A DNA stretch of 64,000 bases, from positions 13,111-77,110 of the forward strand of contig JAQBYD010000007.1 of the NCBI GenBank assembly GCA_027623315.1, given 5' to 3'. This document shows, piece after piece, positions 18,396 to 27,223 of the stretch. How positions within the stretch are numbered: position 1 is the stretch's first letter; each line of letters begins with the position of its first letter. A model generated the notes under the pieces. It saw nothing but the letters and a program-made list of their open reading frames with translations. It was not told the origin of the DNA and searched no databases. The translations under genes and the position numbers were made by a program. The DNA comes from Verrucomicrobiota bacterium (lineage in GTDB: Bacteria > Verrucomicrobiota > Kiritimatiellia > CAJWTS01).

Positions 18396-19061
18396 TCAGG
18401 ACGACCGCGCGGCGGAACGGGCCTCAAAGATATTCCAGATCTCATCGCTCACGGAATCCACGTCCTGCGCGCCATCGATGATCTGGAATCGATCCGGCCA
18501 ACGCTTACTCAACGCCAGGTATCCCTGCCGGACCTTCTCGTGAAACTCGCGCGTCTCCCTCTCGAAGCGGTCATGATCCGCAGGCCCACCGGAATATCGC
18601 TCGGCCAGGCGTTTAAATCCGGTATCGGTATCGACATCGATCAGAAACGTTACATTCGGAACGGCCGTGGCGATCGCGTACTCGTTAATCGCCAAGAGGG
18701 GCTCAATCGGCTCTCCCCGCCCATATCCCTGGTAGGCCGTCGTGGAATCGGCAAAGCGGTCGCTGATCACGGCATCTCCGCGCAGCAGGGCCGGTAGAAT
18801 GATTTCGCGGACGAGCTGTGCGCGACTCGCCTCGAAGAGCAGAAGCTCGGCCTCCGGAACAAGATCGTGCCCGACCTCATCGTGTTGCAAAAGACGGCGA
18901 ATGGCCTCACCTACCGGTGTGCCGCCGGGCTCACGGGTGCGCACCACGGTGCGCCCTGTCGATTCGAGCCGATTAGCAAGCCGCTCGGCCTGGGTCGATT
19001 TCCCGCCGCCCTCGGGACCTTCAAAGGTAACGAATATTCCCGGCCAGTCCGCCATCACCAT
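18396..19061 (-). CDS. tmk: dTMP (thymidylate) kinase
   Basis: FVTFEGPEGGGKSTQ P-loop, REPGGT, and DRF in the LID region. Confidence 0.92.
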   Translation of the reverse strand: MVMADWPGIFVTFEGPEGGGKSTQAERLANRLESTGRTVVRTREPGGTPVGEAIRRLLQHDEVGHDLVPEAELLLFEASRAQLVREIILPALLRGDAVISDRFADSTTAYQGYGRGEPIEPLLAINEYAIATAVPNVTFLIDVDTDTGFKRLAERYSGGPADHDRFERETREFHEKVRQGYLALSKRWPDRFQIIDGAQDVDSVSDEIWNIFEARSAARSS

Positions 19062-19063
19062 CC

Positions 19064-20455
19064 CTACCTCTGCTTCCGCAATTCAGCACCATGCGGCGTG
19101 TCCTTCACACTCCACCCGAGCGCGACGATCTCGTCACGCATCCGGTCAGACTCGGCCCAGTCTTTCGCCTCGCGAGCCGCCTGTCTCTGCGCAACGAGCT
19201 TCTCGATATCAGGACCCGCGACGTCGTTCTCGTGGGCCATAAAACCCAGCACGGCATCCATCTCGCGCATGACCCCGCGCACCCCGGCAGCGCCTGCGCC
19301 GTCCAGGCTTCGATCATCGAAAGCTGCGTTTCCCGTATGGATGATTGTGAATATCGCTGCGAGCGCCTCGGGGATATTCAGATCGTGTTTCAACGCTTCG
19401 TCAAACGCCCTGCGCCCTGACTCAGCCCAGTGCGGCGGTGTCCCGGGAGCATCTGCGGCCGCGGCTTCACATCGGCCCATAAACTCGTCGATGCGATCGA
19501 GTGTAGCCTGCGCCTGTTCGAGGCCCGCGAGGGTGAAGTTGAGCTGTTGCCGATAGTGCGCCGACAGGAGCAGGTAGCGAATCGCGCGCGGCGAGTAGTC
19601 CTTATCCAGTAGATCGCGCAGCGTATAGAAATTCCCGAGGGACTTGGACATCTTCTTGTTCTCGACGACTAGGAAGTTGGAGTGCATCCAGTAGCGAACA
19701 AATGGTTTTCCCGTGGCGCACTCGCTTTGCGCGATCTCGTCCTCGTGATGCGGGAAGCGATTATCGACGCCGCCCGTGTGAAGATCGAAGGTCTCGCCGA
19801 GGTACTGCATGCTCATCGCCGAGCACTCGATATGCCAACCGGGCCGCCCCCTGCCCCAGGGCGAATCCCAGCCCACATCCCCATCCTCTTCCTTCCATGC
19901 CTTCCACAGCGCAAAGTCCGCGACGCCATCTTTCTCGTACTCATCATGATCGACTCGCTCCCCCGGCCGCATACTCTCCGGATTGAGGGTCACCAGGCGA
20001 CCGTACGTCTCGCACTTGTCGATACTGAAGTAAACGCACCCGTCGTCCGTGACATAGGCGTACTCCTTGGTCACCAGTGTCTCGACAAGCTTAATCATGG
20101 CCGGAAGGTGATCCGTGGCCGCGGGATAATGTTCGGCGCTCTCGATGTTCAACGTGGCAAGGTCTTCAAAGAAGGCATCCTTAAAGCGCTGCGTGTACTG
20201 CTGCAGCGGAAGGCCGGCCTCGCGTGACGCGCGGATGGTCTTGTCGTCGACATCGGTCAGGTTCATCACCTGCGTAACGCGATATCCGAGGTGCTTCAAG
20301 GTCCGTCGCAGTAGGTCCTCGAACATGAACGTACGCAGGTTGCCGATATGGGCATAGTCGTAGACGGTCGGACCGCAGGTATAGATGCGTACGTGCCCGG
20401 GTTCCAGTGGCTCCAGCTCTTCGAGACGACGCGATATCGAGTTGTAGACTTGCAT
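19064..20455 (-). CDS. cysS: cysteine--tRNA ligase
   Basis: [15 protein letters not shown] (HIGH), WHIECS and KMSKSLGN; 463 aa. Confidence 0.95.
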   Translation of the reverse strand: MQVYNSISRRLEELEPLEPGHVRIYTCGPTVYDYAHIGNLRTFMFEDLLRRTLKHLGYRVTQVMNLTDVDDKTIRASREAGLPLQQYTQRFKDAFFEDLATLNIESAEHYPAATDHLPAMIKLVETLVTKEYAYVTDDGCVYFSIDKCETYGRLVTLNPESMRPGERVDHDEYEKDGVADFALWKAWKEEDGDVGWDSPWGRGRPGWHIECSAMSMQYLGETFDLHTGGVDNRFPHHEDEIAQSECATGKPFVRYWMHSNFLVVENKKMSKSLGNFYTLRDLLDKDYSPRAIRYLLLSAHYRQQLNFTLAGLEQAQATLDRIDEFMGRCEAAAADAPGTPPHWAESGRRAFDEALKHDLNIPEALAAIFTIIHTGNAAFDDRSLDGAGAAGVRGVMREMDAVLGFMAHENDVAGPDIEKLVAQRQAAREAKDWAESDRMRDEIVALGWSVKDTPHGAELRKQR

Positions 20456-20934
20456 TACTTCGTTTCCACAGTGGCCACGGCCATTGCCGCGATTCCTTCT
20501 TCACGACCAATCGCGCCCATGCGCTCGACCGTCGTCGCCTTGACCGAAACTCGATCGACCGCGATAGCGAGTGCTCCGGCCAACTTCTGCCGCATCGCGC
20601 TCACATGTGGCCCGATCCTGGGTCGCTCAGCCATGATCGTGATATCGATATTGTTAATCTGCAGCACGCCTCGGCTGCGCAACCGGTCGCGCACGATGGC
20701 CAGCAGTTCCAGGCTGTCGGCGTCCTTCCATTTGACGTCGGTATCCGGGAAATGGGTACCGATATCGCCGTCGGCAATCGCGCCGAGCAGTGCATCCATG
20801 ACCACATGCGCGACCACGTCGGCGTCGGAGTGTCCTTCGAGTCCGCGCGGGTGATCAACATGGACTCCGCCGAGGATGAGCAGACGATCATCAGCGAAAC
20901 GATGGGCATCCACCCCAAAACCTGTCCTGATCAT
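20455..20934 (-). CDS. ispF: 2-C-methyl-D-erythritol 2,4-cyclodiphosphate synthase
   Basis: GFGVDAHRF and GHSDADVVAHVVMDALLGA; 159 aa. Confidence 0.95.
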   Translation of the reverse strand: MIRTGFGVDAHRFADDRLLILGGVHVDHPRGLEGHSDADVVAHVVMDALLGAIADGDIGTHFPDTDVKWKDADSLELLAIVRDRLRSRGVLQINNIDITIMAERPRIGPHVSAMRQKLAGALAIAVDRVSVKATTVERMGAIGREEGIAAMAVATVETK

Positions 20935-21767
20935 CGGCTCAGGCTATCACGGCTTCCGGGGCGTGTCGACTCGCCCTCGGACTGCATGCGGCGACCGGAG
21001 CATACGCCGCGACTGGACGCTTCGATGAAGTCACAGATCTCGACAATCAAGTCGCCTTCGAGGGATTCGCGAACGCGGGCGACCGCCTGCGACATGGTCA
21101 AACCCGAGAGAAAGAGTATCCGGAAAGCCTCCTTGACCAACTGCCGCTCGGGCGCGGACAGTCCTGCGCGGCGCATTCCGACGACGTTCAGGCCCCCAAT
21201 CGTGTTCAAGCTGACGGGTAGCAGGGTGGTAAATGGTGGCACGTCTTTCGTAACACCGCAGCCCCCGGAGATCATGGCCATGCGACCGATCCTCACAAAC
21301 TGATGAATCACGCAGTTTCCGCTGATGAAGGCGCGGTCTCCGACGACCACGTAGCCGCCAAGCAGGGCCCCGCTCACGACGTTAACGTCATTTCCCAGTT
21401 CGACGTTATGAGCGAAGTGGGAGTTGGACATCAGCATGCATCGATCGCCGACTACAGTTGCCGTCCCCTCGCTGGTTCCACGGTGAATCGACGCGCCCTC
21501 TCGAATGATCGTATCATTTCCGACGCGCAGGTAGGTCGTGGCCCCATCGAAACCGGTATCCTGGGGAATGTCGCCGAGCACCGCGTTGGCATGAATGCGG
21601 CAGCCTGAACCCAGCGTGGTGTGCGCCAGGATCGAAACGCGAGGTCCAATCACGCACCGGTCACCGATGGTCACGTCGCCCTCGATGACGCTATACGGAC
21701 CCACGCGAACATCCTTCCCGAGCGCGGCAGCAGGATCGATCACGGCTGTGCTGTGGATGGTCTCCAT
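20931..21767 (-). CDS. lpxA: acyl-ACP--UDP-N-acetylglucosamine O-acyltransferase
   Basis: ATG at 21767 gives METIHSTAVIDPAA. It has left-handed beta-helix hexapeptide repeats and a C-terminal LpxA helical domain. The track start at 21851 overlaps radC. Confidence 0.9.
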   Translation of the reverse strand: METIHSTAVIDPAAALGKDVRVGPYSVIEGDVTIGDRCVIGPRVSILAHTTLGSGCRIHANAVLGDIPQDTGFDGATTYLRVGNDTIIREGASIHRGTSEGTATVVGDRCMLMSNSHFAHNVELGNDVNVVSGALLGGYVVVGDRAFISGNCVIHQFVRIGRMAMISGGCGVTKDVPPFTTLLPVSLNTIGGLNVVGMRRAGLSAPERQLVKEAFRILFLSGLTMSQAVARVRESLEGDLIVEICDFIEASSRGVCSGRRMQSEGESTRPGSRDSLSR

Positions 21768-21768
21768 A

Positions 21769-22509
21769 TCAATCGAAAGAGACCATTCCCGATTCCCGCA
21801 TACTGAAGAAGTCGGGCTCGCCGCGATGCGATGCTCGCCCCAGAATGACATGGTCTAGAACCCGGATATCGACGACCTTTCCAGACTCCACCATCTTGCG
21901 CGTGAGGCGGACGTCCTCCGAGGAGGGCGTGGGATCTCCCGAAGGGTGATTATGCACCAGGATGACCGCCGCGCTGCCCATTTGGATCGCCGGTCGAAAA
22001 ACCTCACGTGCGTGAACCAGGCTGGCGTCGAGCAGCCCTTCGCTCACTGTGGCAGGCAACCCTTTCAGCCTATTCTTGGCATCCACGGCCAGCACCCAGA
22101 AGATCTCCTTATCCAGCGTCCGCACCGTCTCGCGCATGATGCCGGCCACGTCCCCCGGTGTCCGAACCGTCGGCCGATCCGGAATGATCTCATCACTCAG
22201 CCTGCGCGCCACCTCGAGCGCGGCCAGCAGAACCTGTGCCTTGGTGGGTCCCATGCCCTTGTACTTCAAAAGCTCGGCCTCCGACGCTTTCGCGAGCTCG
22301 GTCAACGACCCGTGATCGGAAAGAAGCTGTCGAGCCAGTTCCGTGACGTTCTTGCCCTGCGCGCCGCTGCGCAGCACCAGGGCCAGCAGTGTCTCATCGG
22401 GTGCGTTCCTAACTCCGACGGATCGAACGAATTCGCGTGGACGCATGCGCTCGGGCATGTCCTTGATGCGCGGGGGAATCGTGTACTGGGTAGGTTCTGT
22501 TTCAGCCAT
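21769..22509 (-). CDS. radC: RadC-family JAB/MPN domain protein
   Basis: HhH region LLALVLRSG and JAMM motif HNHPSGDPTPSSED. ATG at 22509 overlaps the miaA stop by 1 nt. Confidence 0.88.
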   Translation of the reverse strand: MAETEPTQYTIPPRIKDMPERMRPREFVRSVGVRNAPDETLLALVLRSGAQGKNVTELARQLLSDHGSLTELAKASEAELLKYKGMGPTKAQVLLAALEVARRLSDEIIPDRPTVRTPGDVAGIMRETVRTLDKEIFWVLAVDAKNRLKGLPATVSEGLLDASLVHAREVFRPAIQMGSAAVILVHNHPSGDPTPSSEDVRLTRKMVESGKVVDIRVLDHVILGRASHRGEPDFFSMRESGMVSFD

Positions 22510-23480
22510 CAGATGCGCAGCTCCGCCGGGCCTGCGTCGAGCCACGTCTTCCAAACGGCCTCAATCACCGTGTCGATAGACCCGGACGGCTCAACGTCGA
22601 TCCATGACACCTTAGCTTGGTGCCGAAACCAGGTCATCTGTTTTCTAGCCAATCGCCAGCTTCGCCGGGCTATCAGATCAACAGCCTGGTCCTGTGTCAG
22701 CTTGCCGTTAAGAACATCAATCGCCTCCGAGTAACCGATTGCCTGGCTCGCGGTACGATTCAAGCCCTTTGCCATCAGGGCGCGGCTCTCTTCAAGCAGT
22801 CCGGACTCCATCATGCCGGCCGCGCGCTCGCGCAGGCGCTGCTTGAGGGTCACCGAAGGAAAACGTAACCCAACGATCTGATCGGCGTTCCTTCCTGGAT
22901 CCTGCCAGGATTCCGGTATGCCCCCGCGTTCGAGAAGCCGGATCAGTCGGCGTGCGTTCCTGCGGTCAGAGTCGGAAAGCGATTCGAATTCGGCCGGCAT
23001 TCGGGTGCGCGCCTCGTCCTGCAATGCAGGCAACCCAAGCCTTGCCACCTGGTCACTCCAGAACTCCCGAAGCGCTGCATCGGCGCCGGGCGTTTCATCC
23101 AGACCGTTCATCAGGCATTTGATGTAGAGACCACTTCCGCCCGCAACAATCAACGGTGCATCGTCGTCCCGCGCGGCCGCAACCACCTTTCGCGCGTGCT
23201 GCATGTAGTCGTGGATACTGAACGCCTCGACGGGATCCACAAGTTCGAGTCCGTGGTATCGCACCTCGCTGCGAAGCATGGAATCCGGGGCCGCCGTTCC
23301 GATCCGCATCCCACGGTAGACCGCCATGGAGTCGGCCGAGAGGACGTGCGCCCCGCAGGTGCGCGCGATCGTGTGAGCGACCAGGGTCTTTCCACTGCCG
23401 GTCGCGCCGACCAGAACGTACGCTCCATCCGAAACCAGGGCCCCTTTCAATTCAAGGGCTGTCCTCGAGGCATCCGCCAC
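22509..23480 (-). CDS. miaA: tRNA dimethylallyltransferase (copy 1)
   Basis: P-loop GATGSGKT, DSMAVYRGMRIGTAAP and GGSGLY; the C-terminal RRSWRLARKQMTWFR is typical of MiaA. Confidence 0.9.
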   Translation of the reverse strand: MADASRTALELKGALVSDGAYVLVGATGSGKTLVAHTIARTCGAHVLSADSMAVYRGMRIGTAAPDSMLRSEVRYHGLELVDPVEAFSIHDYMQHARKVVAAARDDDAPLIVAGGSGLYIKCLMNGLDETPGADAALREFWSDQVARLGLPALQDEARTRMPAEFESLSDSDRRNARRLIRLLERGGIPESWQDPGRNADQIVGLRFPSVTLKQRLRERAAGMMESGLLEESRALMAKGLNRTASQAIGYSEAIDVLNGKLTQDQAVDLIARRSWRLARKQMTWFRHQAKVSWIDVEPSGSIDTVIEAVWKTWLDAGPAELRI

Positions 23481-23483
23481 GCT

Positions 23484-23987
23484 TCACCCTTCGGACGTTG
23501 ATTCCTGCGCCGTCGCTGACGCGGAGCGGGCGAGCACCCGTCCGTGGAGCCACTCGCTCACGATATAGATCGTCACACCAACGCAGATCCCCGAGTCCGC
23601 CACGTTAAAGGAAGGAAAGTGGTGAATCCCGACATGGAAATCCAGGAAGTCGATCACGTGCCCAATCCTGACACGGTCGATCAGGTTCCCAAGTATCCCG
23701 CCCACCATCAACCCGAAGGCAATGCGGTGCATGCGACTATCGCGAAGGATTCGATTCCTGAAAACAACCAGCACCAGCACGACGACGACGGAGAGAACGG
23801 CGAGCCTGCCATTACTGTTCTGCATGATGCCCCATGCCGCCCCCGTATTGCCCACGTAGTTCAGGTTTAGGAATCCTGCGATCAGCGGCTCCGAGCGACC
23901 ATGAATGTCGCCGAAGTAATCGCGAATCCATTGCTTCGTGAACTGATCGAGGAACGTGATGACGGCGGCTATGAGGAGCACTTGCAT
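23484..23987 (-). CDS. lspA: signal peptidase II (lipoprotein signal peptidase)
   Basis: ATG at 23987 gives MQVLLIAAVITFLDQFTKQWI. NTGAAWG and FNVADS are catalytic Asp motifs. The track ORF to 24221 is an N-terminal extension. Confidence 0.9.
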   Translation of the reverse strand: MQVLLIAAVITFLDQFTKQWIRDYFGDIHGRSEPLIAGFLNLNYVGNTGAAWGIMQNSNGRLAVLSVVVVLVLVVFRNRILRDSRMHRIAFGLMVGGILGNLIDRVRIGHVIDFLDFHVGIHHFPSFNVADSGICVGVTIYIVSEWLHGRVLARSASATAQESTSEG

Positions 23988-24072
23988 GCGCTTGTCTTTG
24001 GTTACCCCTCGCCAGGTGCCGAGGTTGCGCCCAGCGGGCGCAATACATCGTAATTGACGGCGCGTTCTCCGA

Positions 24073-24936
24073 CTACTCGGCGCCCATGACACTGGCCATG
24101 CTCTCGAACGAGTCCCGCCTGCGAGAGGCGCCCGAGCGAAGTGGCAGCGCCAGGTTACGGCCACGCTTCTCGAGTTCTGTCTGGGCTTCGATGCACAGGC
24201 GGGTATACGGAATCGCGTCAAGTCTCGGATTCTCGATGGCGCGTCCGGTTATTTCGCAAATCCCGTACGTCCTCTGCTGGATGCGCCGCAACGCCTCATC
24301 AATCTCGAAAACGACGTCCAGTTCCGAGCTGGCGAGATTCAGGGCGAAGTCCCTGTCGAACGCATCCGTTCCGTCCTCTTCGGTAATCACCTTATCGCGA
24401 CGTTCAAGGGAGGCCCCTTTCAGGGAATTGATTTGCCCCAGCATCAGCTCGCGAAGAGCGAGAAGCTTTTTCTTAAACTGATTCAGCGCCTTGCGAGTCA
24501 GTTGAGTCTTTATCGGCTTAATTCGCGCGGGCTTCGCCGGAGCCTTCACCTTGGGGGTGGCCGTCTTCGTCTTGGCGGTCTTCTTCTTCTTGGCGGTCTT
24601 CTTCTTCTTGGTGGCCGTCTTCTTCTTGGCGGTGTTCTTCTTCTTGGCGGTCTTCTTCTTCTTGGTGGCCGTCTTCTTCTTGGCGGTCTTCTTCTTCTTG
24701 GCGGTCGTCTTCTTCTTGGCGGTCGTCTTCTTGGCGGTCTTCTTCTTCTTGGCGGTCGTCTTCTTGGCGGTCGTCGTCTTCTTCGCGGCCGTCTTCTTCT
24801 TCGCGGCCGTCTTCGTCTTGGCGGTCGTCTTCCTCTTGGCGGTCTTCTTCGTCTTGGCGGTCTTCTTCTTCTTGGCGGTCGTCTTCTTCCTGGCGGTCGT
24901 CTTCTTACTCGACTCTATGTTCTTTTTCTTGGCCAT
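24073..24936 (-). CDS. DksA/TraR-family RNA-polymerase-binding protein, Zn-independent CxxT-x17-CxxA type, with an N-terminal lysine-rich histone-H1-like repeat tail
   Basis: ATG at 24936 is preceded by GAGGAG. Residues ~1-150 are K/T/A low-complexity (KKTTAKKKKTAKTKKTA...). The C-terminal ~130 aa has a DksA coiled coil (TDAFDRDFALNL tip) and YGICEITGRAIENPRLDAIPYTRLCIEAQ. Confidence 0.8.
   Translation of the reverse strand: MAKKKNIESSKKTTARKKTTAKKKKTAKTKKTAKRKTTAKTKTAAKKKTAAKKTTTAKKTTAKKKKTAKKTTAKKKTTAKKKKTAKKKTATKKKKTAKKKNTAKKKTATKKKKTAKKKKTAKTKTATPKVKAPAKPARIKPIKTQLTRKALNQFKKKLLALRELMLGQINSLKGASLERRDKVITEEDGTDAFDRDFALNLASSELDVVFEIDEALRRIQQRTYGICEITGRAIENPRLDAIPYTRLCIEAQTELEKRGRNLALPLRSGASRRRDSFESMASVMGAE
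24545..24905. repeat. imperfect coding tandem repeat (18-21 nt units, with a 60-nt higher-order duplication)
   Basis: GGCGGTCTTCTTCTTCTT-type units repeat about 18 times on the plus strand and encode the K/T/A tail of the DksA-like protein on the minus strand. Confidence 0.85.
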
Positions 24937-25008
24937 GATTCTCCTCAAGGTCTCGTATTTGGAAAAAATCCGCGGACGGTATCGCCGCCCGACAAAAGGT
25001 GTCAACGC

Positions 25009-27171
25009 TCAGCCTTGCGCCCAGACATTGACTTCGTCAGAGAGTCCAATGACTTCGATAATACGGCAATTCTCATCTCCGTTTTCTCCGGGCAGGCTGA
25101 CTTCGTCGCCTGCCGAGTGCCCTTTCAGGGTTTGGCCCACGAGGCTCTCGCATGAGATGATCTGAAGCGCCTCGTCACGGTCCCATTCCCCTAACACGCA
25201 GAACGTCTGATGTGCTCCGTCGGGCCGTTCAATCTTCACGATCGTCCCGGTCCCCGCCTCGTCCGTTCTGAACCCGGCAAAATCGGTGCCCTGGACCTCG
25301 CGTAAATCTTGCTCCATGACCGCCTGTCGCCGCATCAAAAGCGCCTGCTGCTCCTTAGCGGCCTTGTACTCATGGTTCTCTTTAAGATCGCCGTAGCTCC
25401 GGGCGAGCGCGATCTCACGGCTATTTGCCGGGACCTCAACTTCGACGATATTGCGCAACTCTTCTTGCCTGGCGCGGAGTGTGCGCCAGGACGTGTAGCG
25501 CCGCCTGGCCGCGGCTCGCGCTTCCTCCTTCGAGTCATTACTGAGCACGTCCTGAAGTTCGGGGTAGAGATGTATTATGCGCGCCGTGACCATGGCCTTG
25601 TCCAACGTGACGGCGGTGACTTCGCGCTGAATACGGATCACCAGGTCCTTGCGCTCCTGGACGGACATGGCTTCCAAAACCCTTTGGAGCCAGACCCTGT
25701 CGCCAAAGGTTTCAACCAGGTGATTCTGCCCTTTTAAGCGTTCTCCCATTTCCGCGATTCGCAACGCATCAATTCCCAATGGGGGAAGCAGTGCCGGGGA
25801 CCCTATGCCCCACGTCTTCATGAGGTCGAGACGCTTGGAAATCCAAACCAGAAGTTCGGCGCTCACGATGCGGACGTTGAACGCGTTTCGAAAAACGTCG
25901 GCGCATCGCTCCTCGAATCCGTCGCCGCGCAGCAGTTCGAGCACCTCGGATAGGAGCACGAGGTGCATTCTAGGAAGGGCACCAAGCATGGAGTCCGCAA
26001 ACGCATCCCTGCGCTGCGCCAGCATGTGCTCCAGGATCACGTGCAGATCCTTGATCGGAAACGTTGCAAGGTCCTTGAGAAGAACCGCGGGAGAAACGAT
26101 CTCCTCGGCGATCGCCCCACCCTCCCATTCGCAGGGCTGAAGCCCGAGCCTGCATGCCAGCACGATGGCGCGGGCCGCCAGATTCTTCTCCCGTCCGCGT
26201 GTTCCCCTGATGGCAAATTGCAGCCGGTCCTGGCAGATCTCCAGCCATGCGGGCTCGAGCTCGGTCACACTGGTCTGTGAAAGTAATTCGGGAATGAGAA
26301 CCAGGATCTCATCGAGATCGGAGTTTCGTGAAAACTCGGAGAACCATGCTTCATCGTAGGCCTTGGCCTTGGCCAGGACCCTGATGAGTTCCGTGCGCTT
26401 GGAGGGGATCTCGACTAAGGCGTCCTTCTTCAAACCTCGCCGGGCCGCATCCCAAAATCGTTTCCAGTCGTCCGGGGCGATAATATGCTCCGTCAAGAGG
26501 CTCTGCAGCTGCGGCACGGTGATCGCGCCCCAGGTGCCTAATGCCCTTCGAACAATCTCGTCAGGCCTGGCCGCAATCATCGCGGCCATTCCTTCAGGAT
26601 CGTGGTGCTTCATGTACAGCAGATGGTCCGCGGGCAGGATCTCGAGGCTCTCCACAGCGTAGGAGAAGGCGATCTCATGTGATTTCTTGCGGTCAAAGTC
26701 GATCCTTACCTTCTCGTAGAATCCGTCGATATCAACGACCAGCCCGGCTCCCCAAGTCTTGTTGTAACATAGTACGCCCGGCTTAAGACGGGTCAGCAAC
26801 TTCATGCGTCGCACGCACTCGGCCAAGGGTAGATTCTGATCGTAGCCGGCGTTGCGGACGAATCGAGTGCCCGCTACGTCGGCCTTGAAAAGTGTTTCGA
26901 CAATCTTGTGCGAGATGCTGCGAAACGCGGGATTGTCGAGATTCCATCCGCAACGTAACTCCCAGAGCCGGAAGCCCGGCGCGGTGTCGTCGAGGGTAGC
27001 CACGGCGTCCTGTAAGAGATCCGCCCACTCGGCGGCCCGTTCGAGATCACCAGTGTCATGTACGTGCGCGACCATCGCGATCAACTCGTTTGCGCGGTTT
27101 GCGGCATCATCGAGCCCGTTGATAAAATCCTCCTCGAGGGCGGAGGCTGTCTTGTCTTCAAGTGTAGGCAT
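25009..27171 (-). CDS. greA: long-form transcription elongation factor GreA (C-terminal Gre domain, ~560-aa N-terminal extension)
   Basis: The C-terminal ~155 aa carry the Gre coiled-coil tip ARSYGDLKENHEYKAAKEQQ and the globular domain (VSLPGENGDENCRIIEV). The N-terminal extension has a CarD/TRCF-like segment, GVLCYNKTWGAGLVVDIDGFYEKVRIDF. Confidence 0.8.
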   Translation of the reverse strand: MPTLEDKTASALEEDFINGLDDAANRANELIAMVAHVHDTGDLERAAEWADLLQDAVATLDDTAPGFRLWELRCGWNLDNPAFRSISHKIVETLFKADVAGTRFVRNAGYDQNLPLAECVRRMKLLTRLKPGVLCYNKTWGAGLVVDIDGFYEKVRIDFDRKKSHEIAFSYAVESLEILPADHLLYMKHHDPEGMAAMIAARPDEIVRRALGTWGAITVPQLQSLLTEHIIAPDDWKRFWDAARRGLKKDALVEIPSKRTELIRVLAKAKAYDEAWFSEFSRNSDLDEILVLIPELLSQTSVTELEPAWLEICQDRLQFAIRGTRGREKNLAARAIVLACRLGLQPCEWEGGAIAEEIVSPAVLLKDLATFPIKDLHVILEHMLAQRRDAFADSMLGALPRMHLVLLSEVLELLRGDGFEERCADVFRNAFNVRIVSAELLVWISKRLDLMKTWGIGSPALLPPLGIDALRIAEMGERLKGQNHLVETFGDRVWLQRVLEAMSVQERKDLVIRIQREVTAVTLDKAMVTARIIHLYPELQDVLSNDSKEEARAAARRRYTSWRTLRARQEELRNIVEVEVPANSREIALARSYGDLKENHEYKAAKEQQALLMRRQAVMEQDLREVQGTDFAGFRTDEAGTGTIVKIERPDGAHQTFCVLGEWDRDEALQIISCESLVGQTLKGHSAGDEVSLPGENGDENCRIIEVIGLSDEVNVWAQG

Positions 27172-27223
27172 AGGTAGGTTACTTTCTAAATCGAAAGCCG
27201 CGTATCATATAGCGGGTTGACCA

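Noticed and set aside
23988-24221. N-terminal extensions in the ORF track (lspA to 24221, PhyH to 5189, pfkB to 17170, lpxA to 21851, gluQ from 10825, dksA-like to 25005, chorismate mutase to 31394, oxidase to 52727)
   Set aside because: The extensions overlap the neighbouring upstream gene, are Arg/Pro-rich, and precede internal starts that have RBS-like sequences and begin exactly at the conserved family N-termini.
24433-25165. Two plus-strand ORFs (240 and 204 aa) with striking LLLGG / FFFLAV repeat proteins
   Set aside because: They are antisense shadows of the K/T/A-repeat tail of the DksA-like gene. The minus-strand frame continues into a recognisable DksA domain with an RBS, whereas the plus-strand frames have no start context and non-biological composition.
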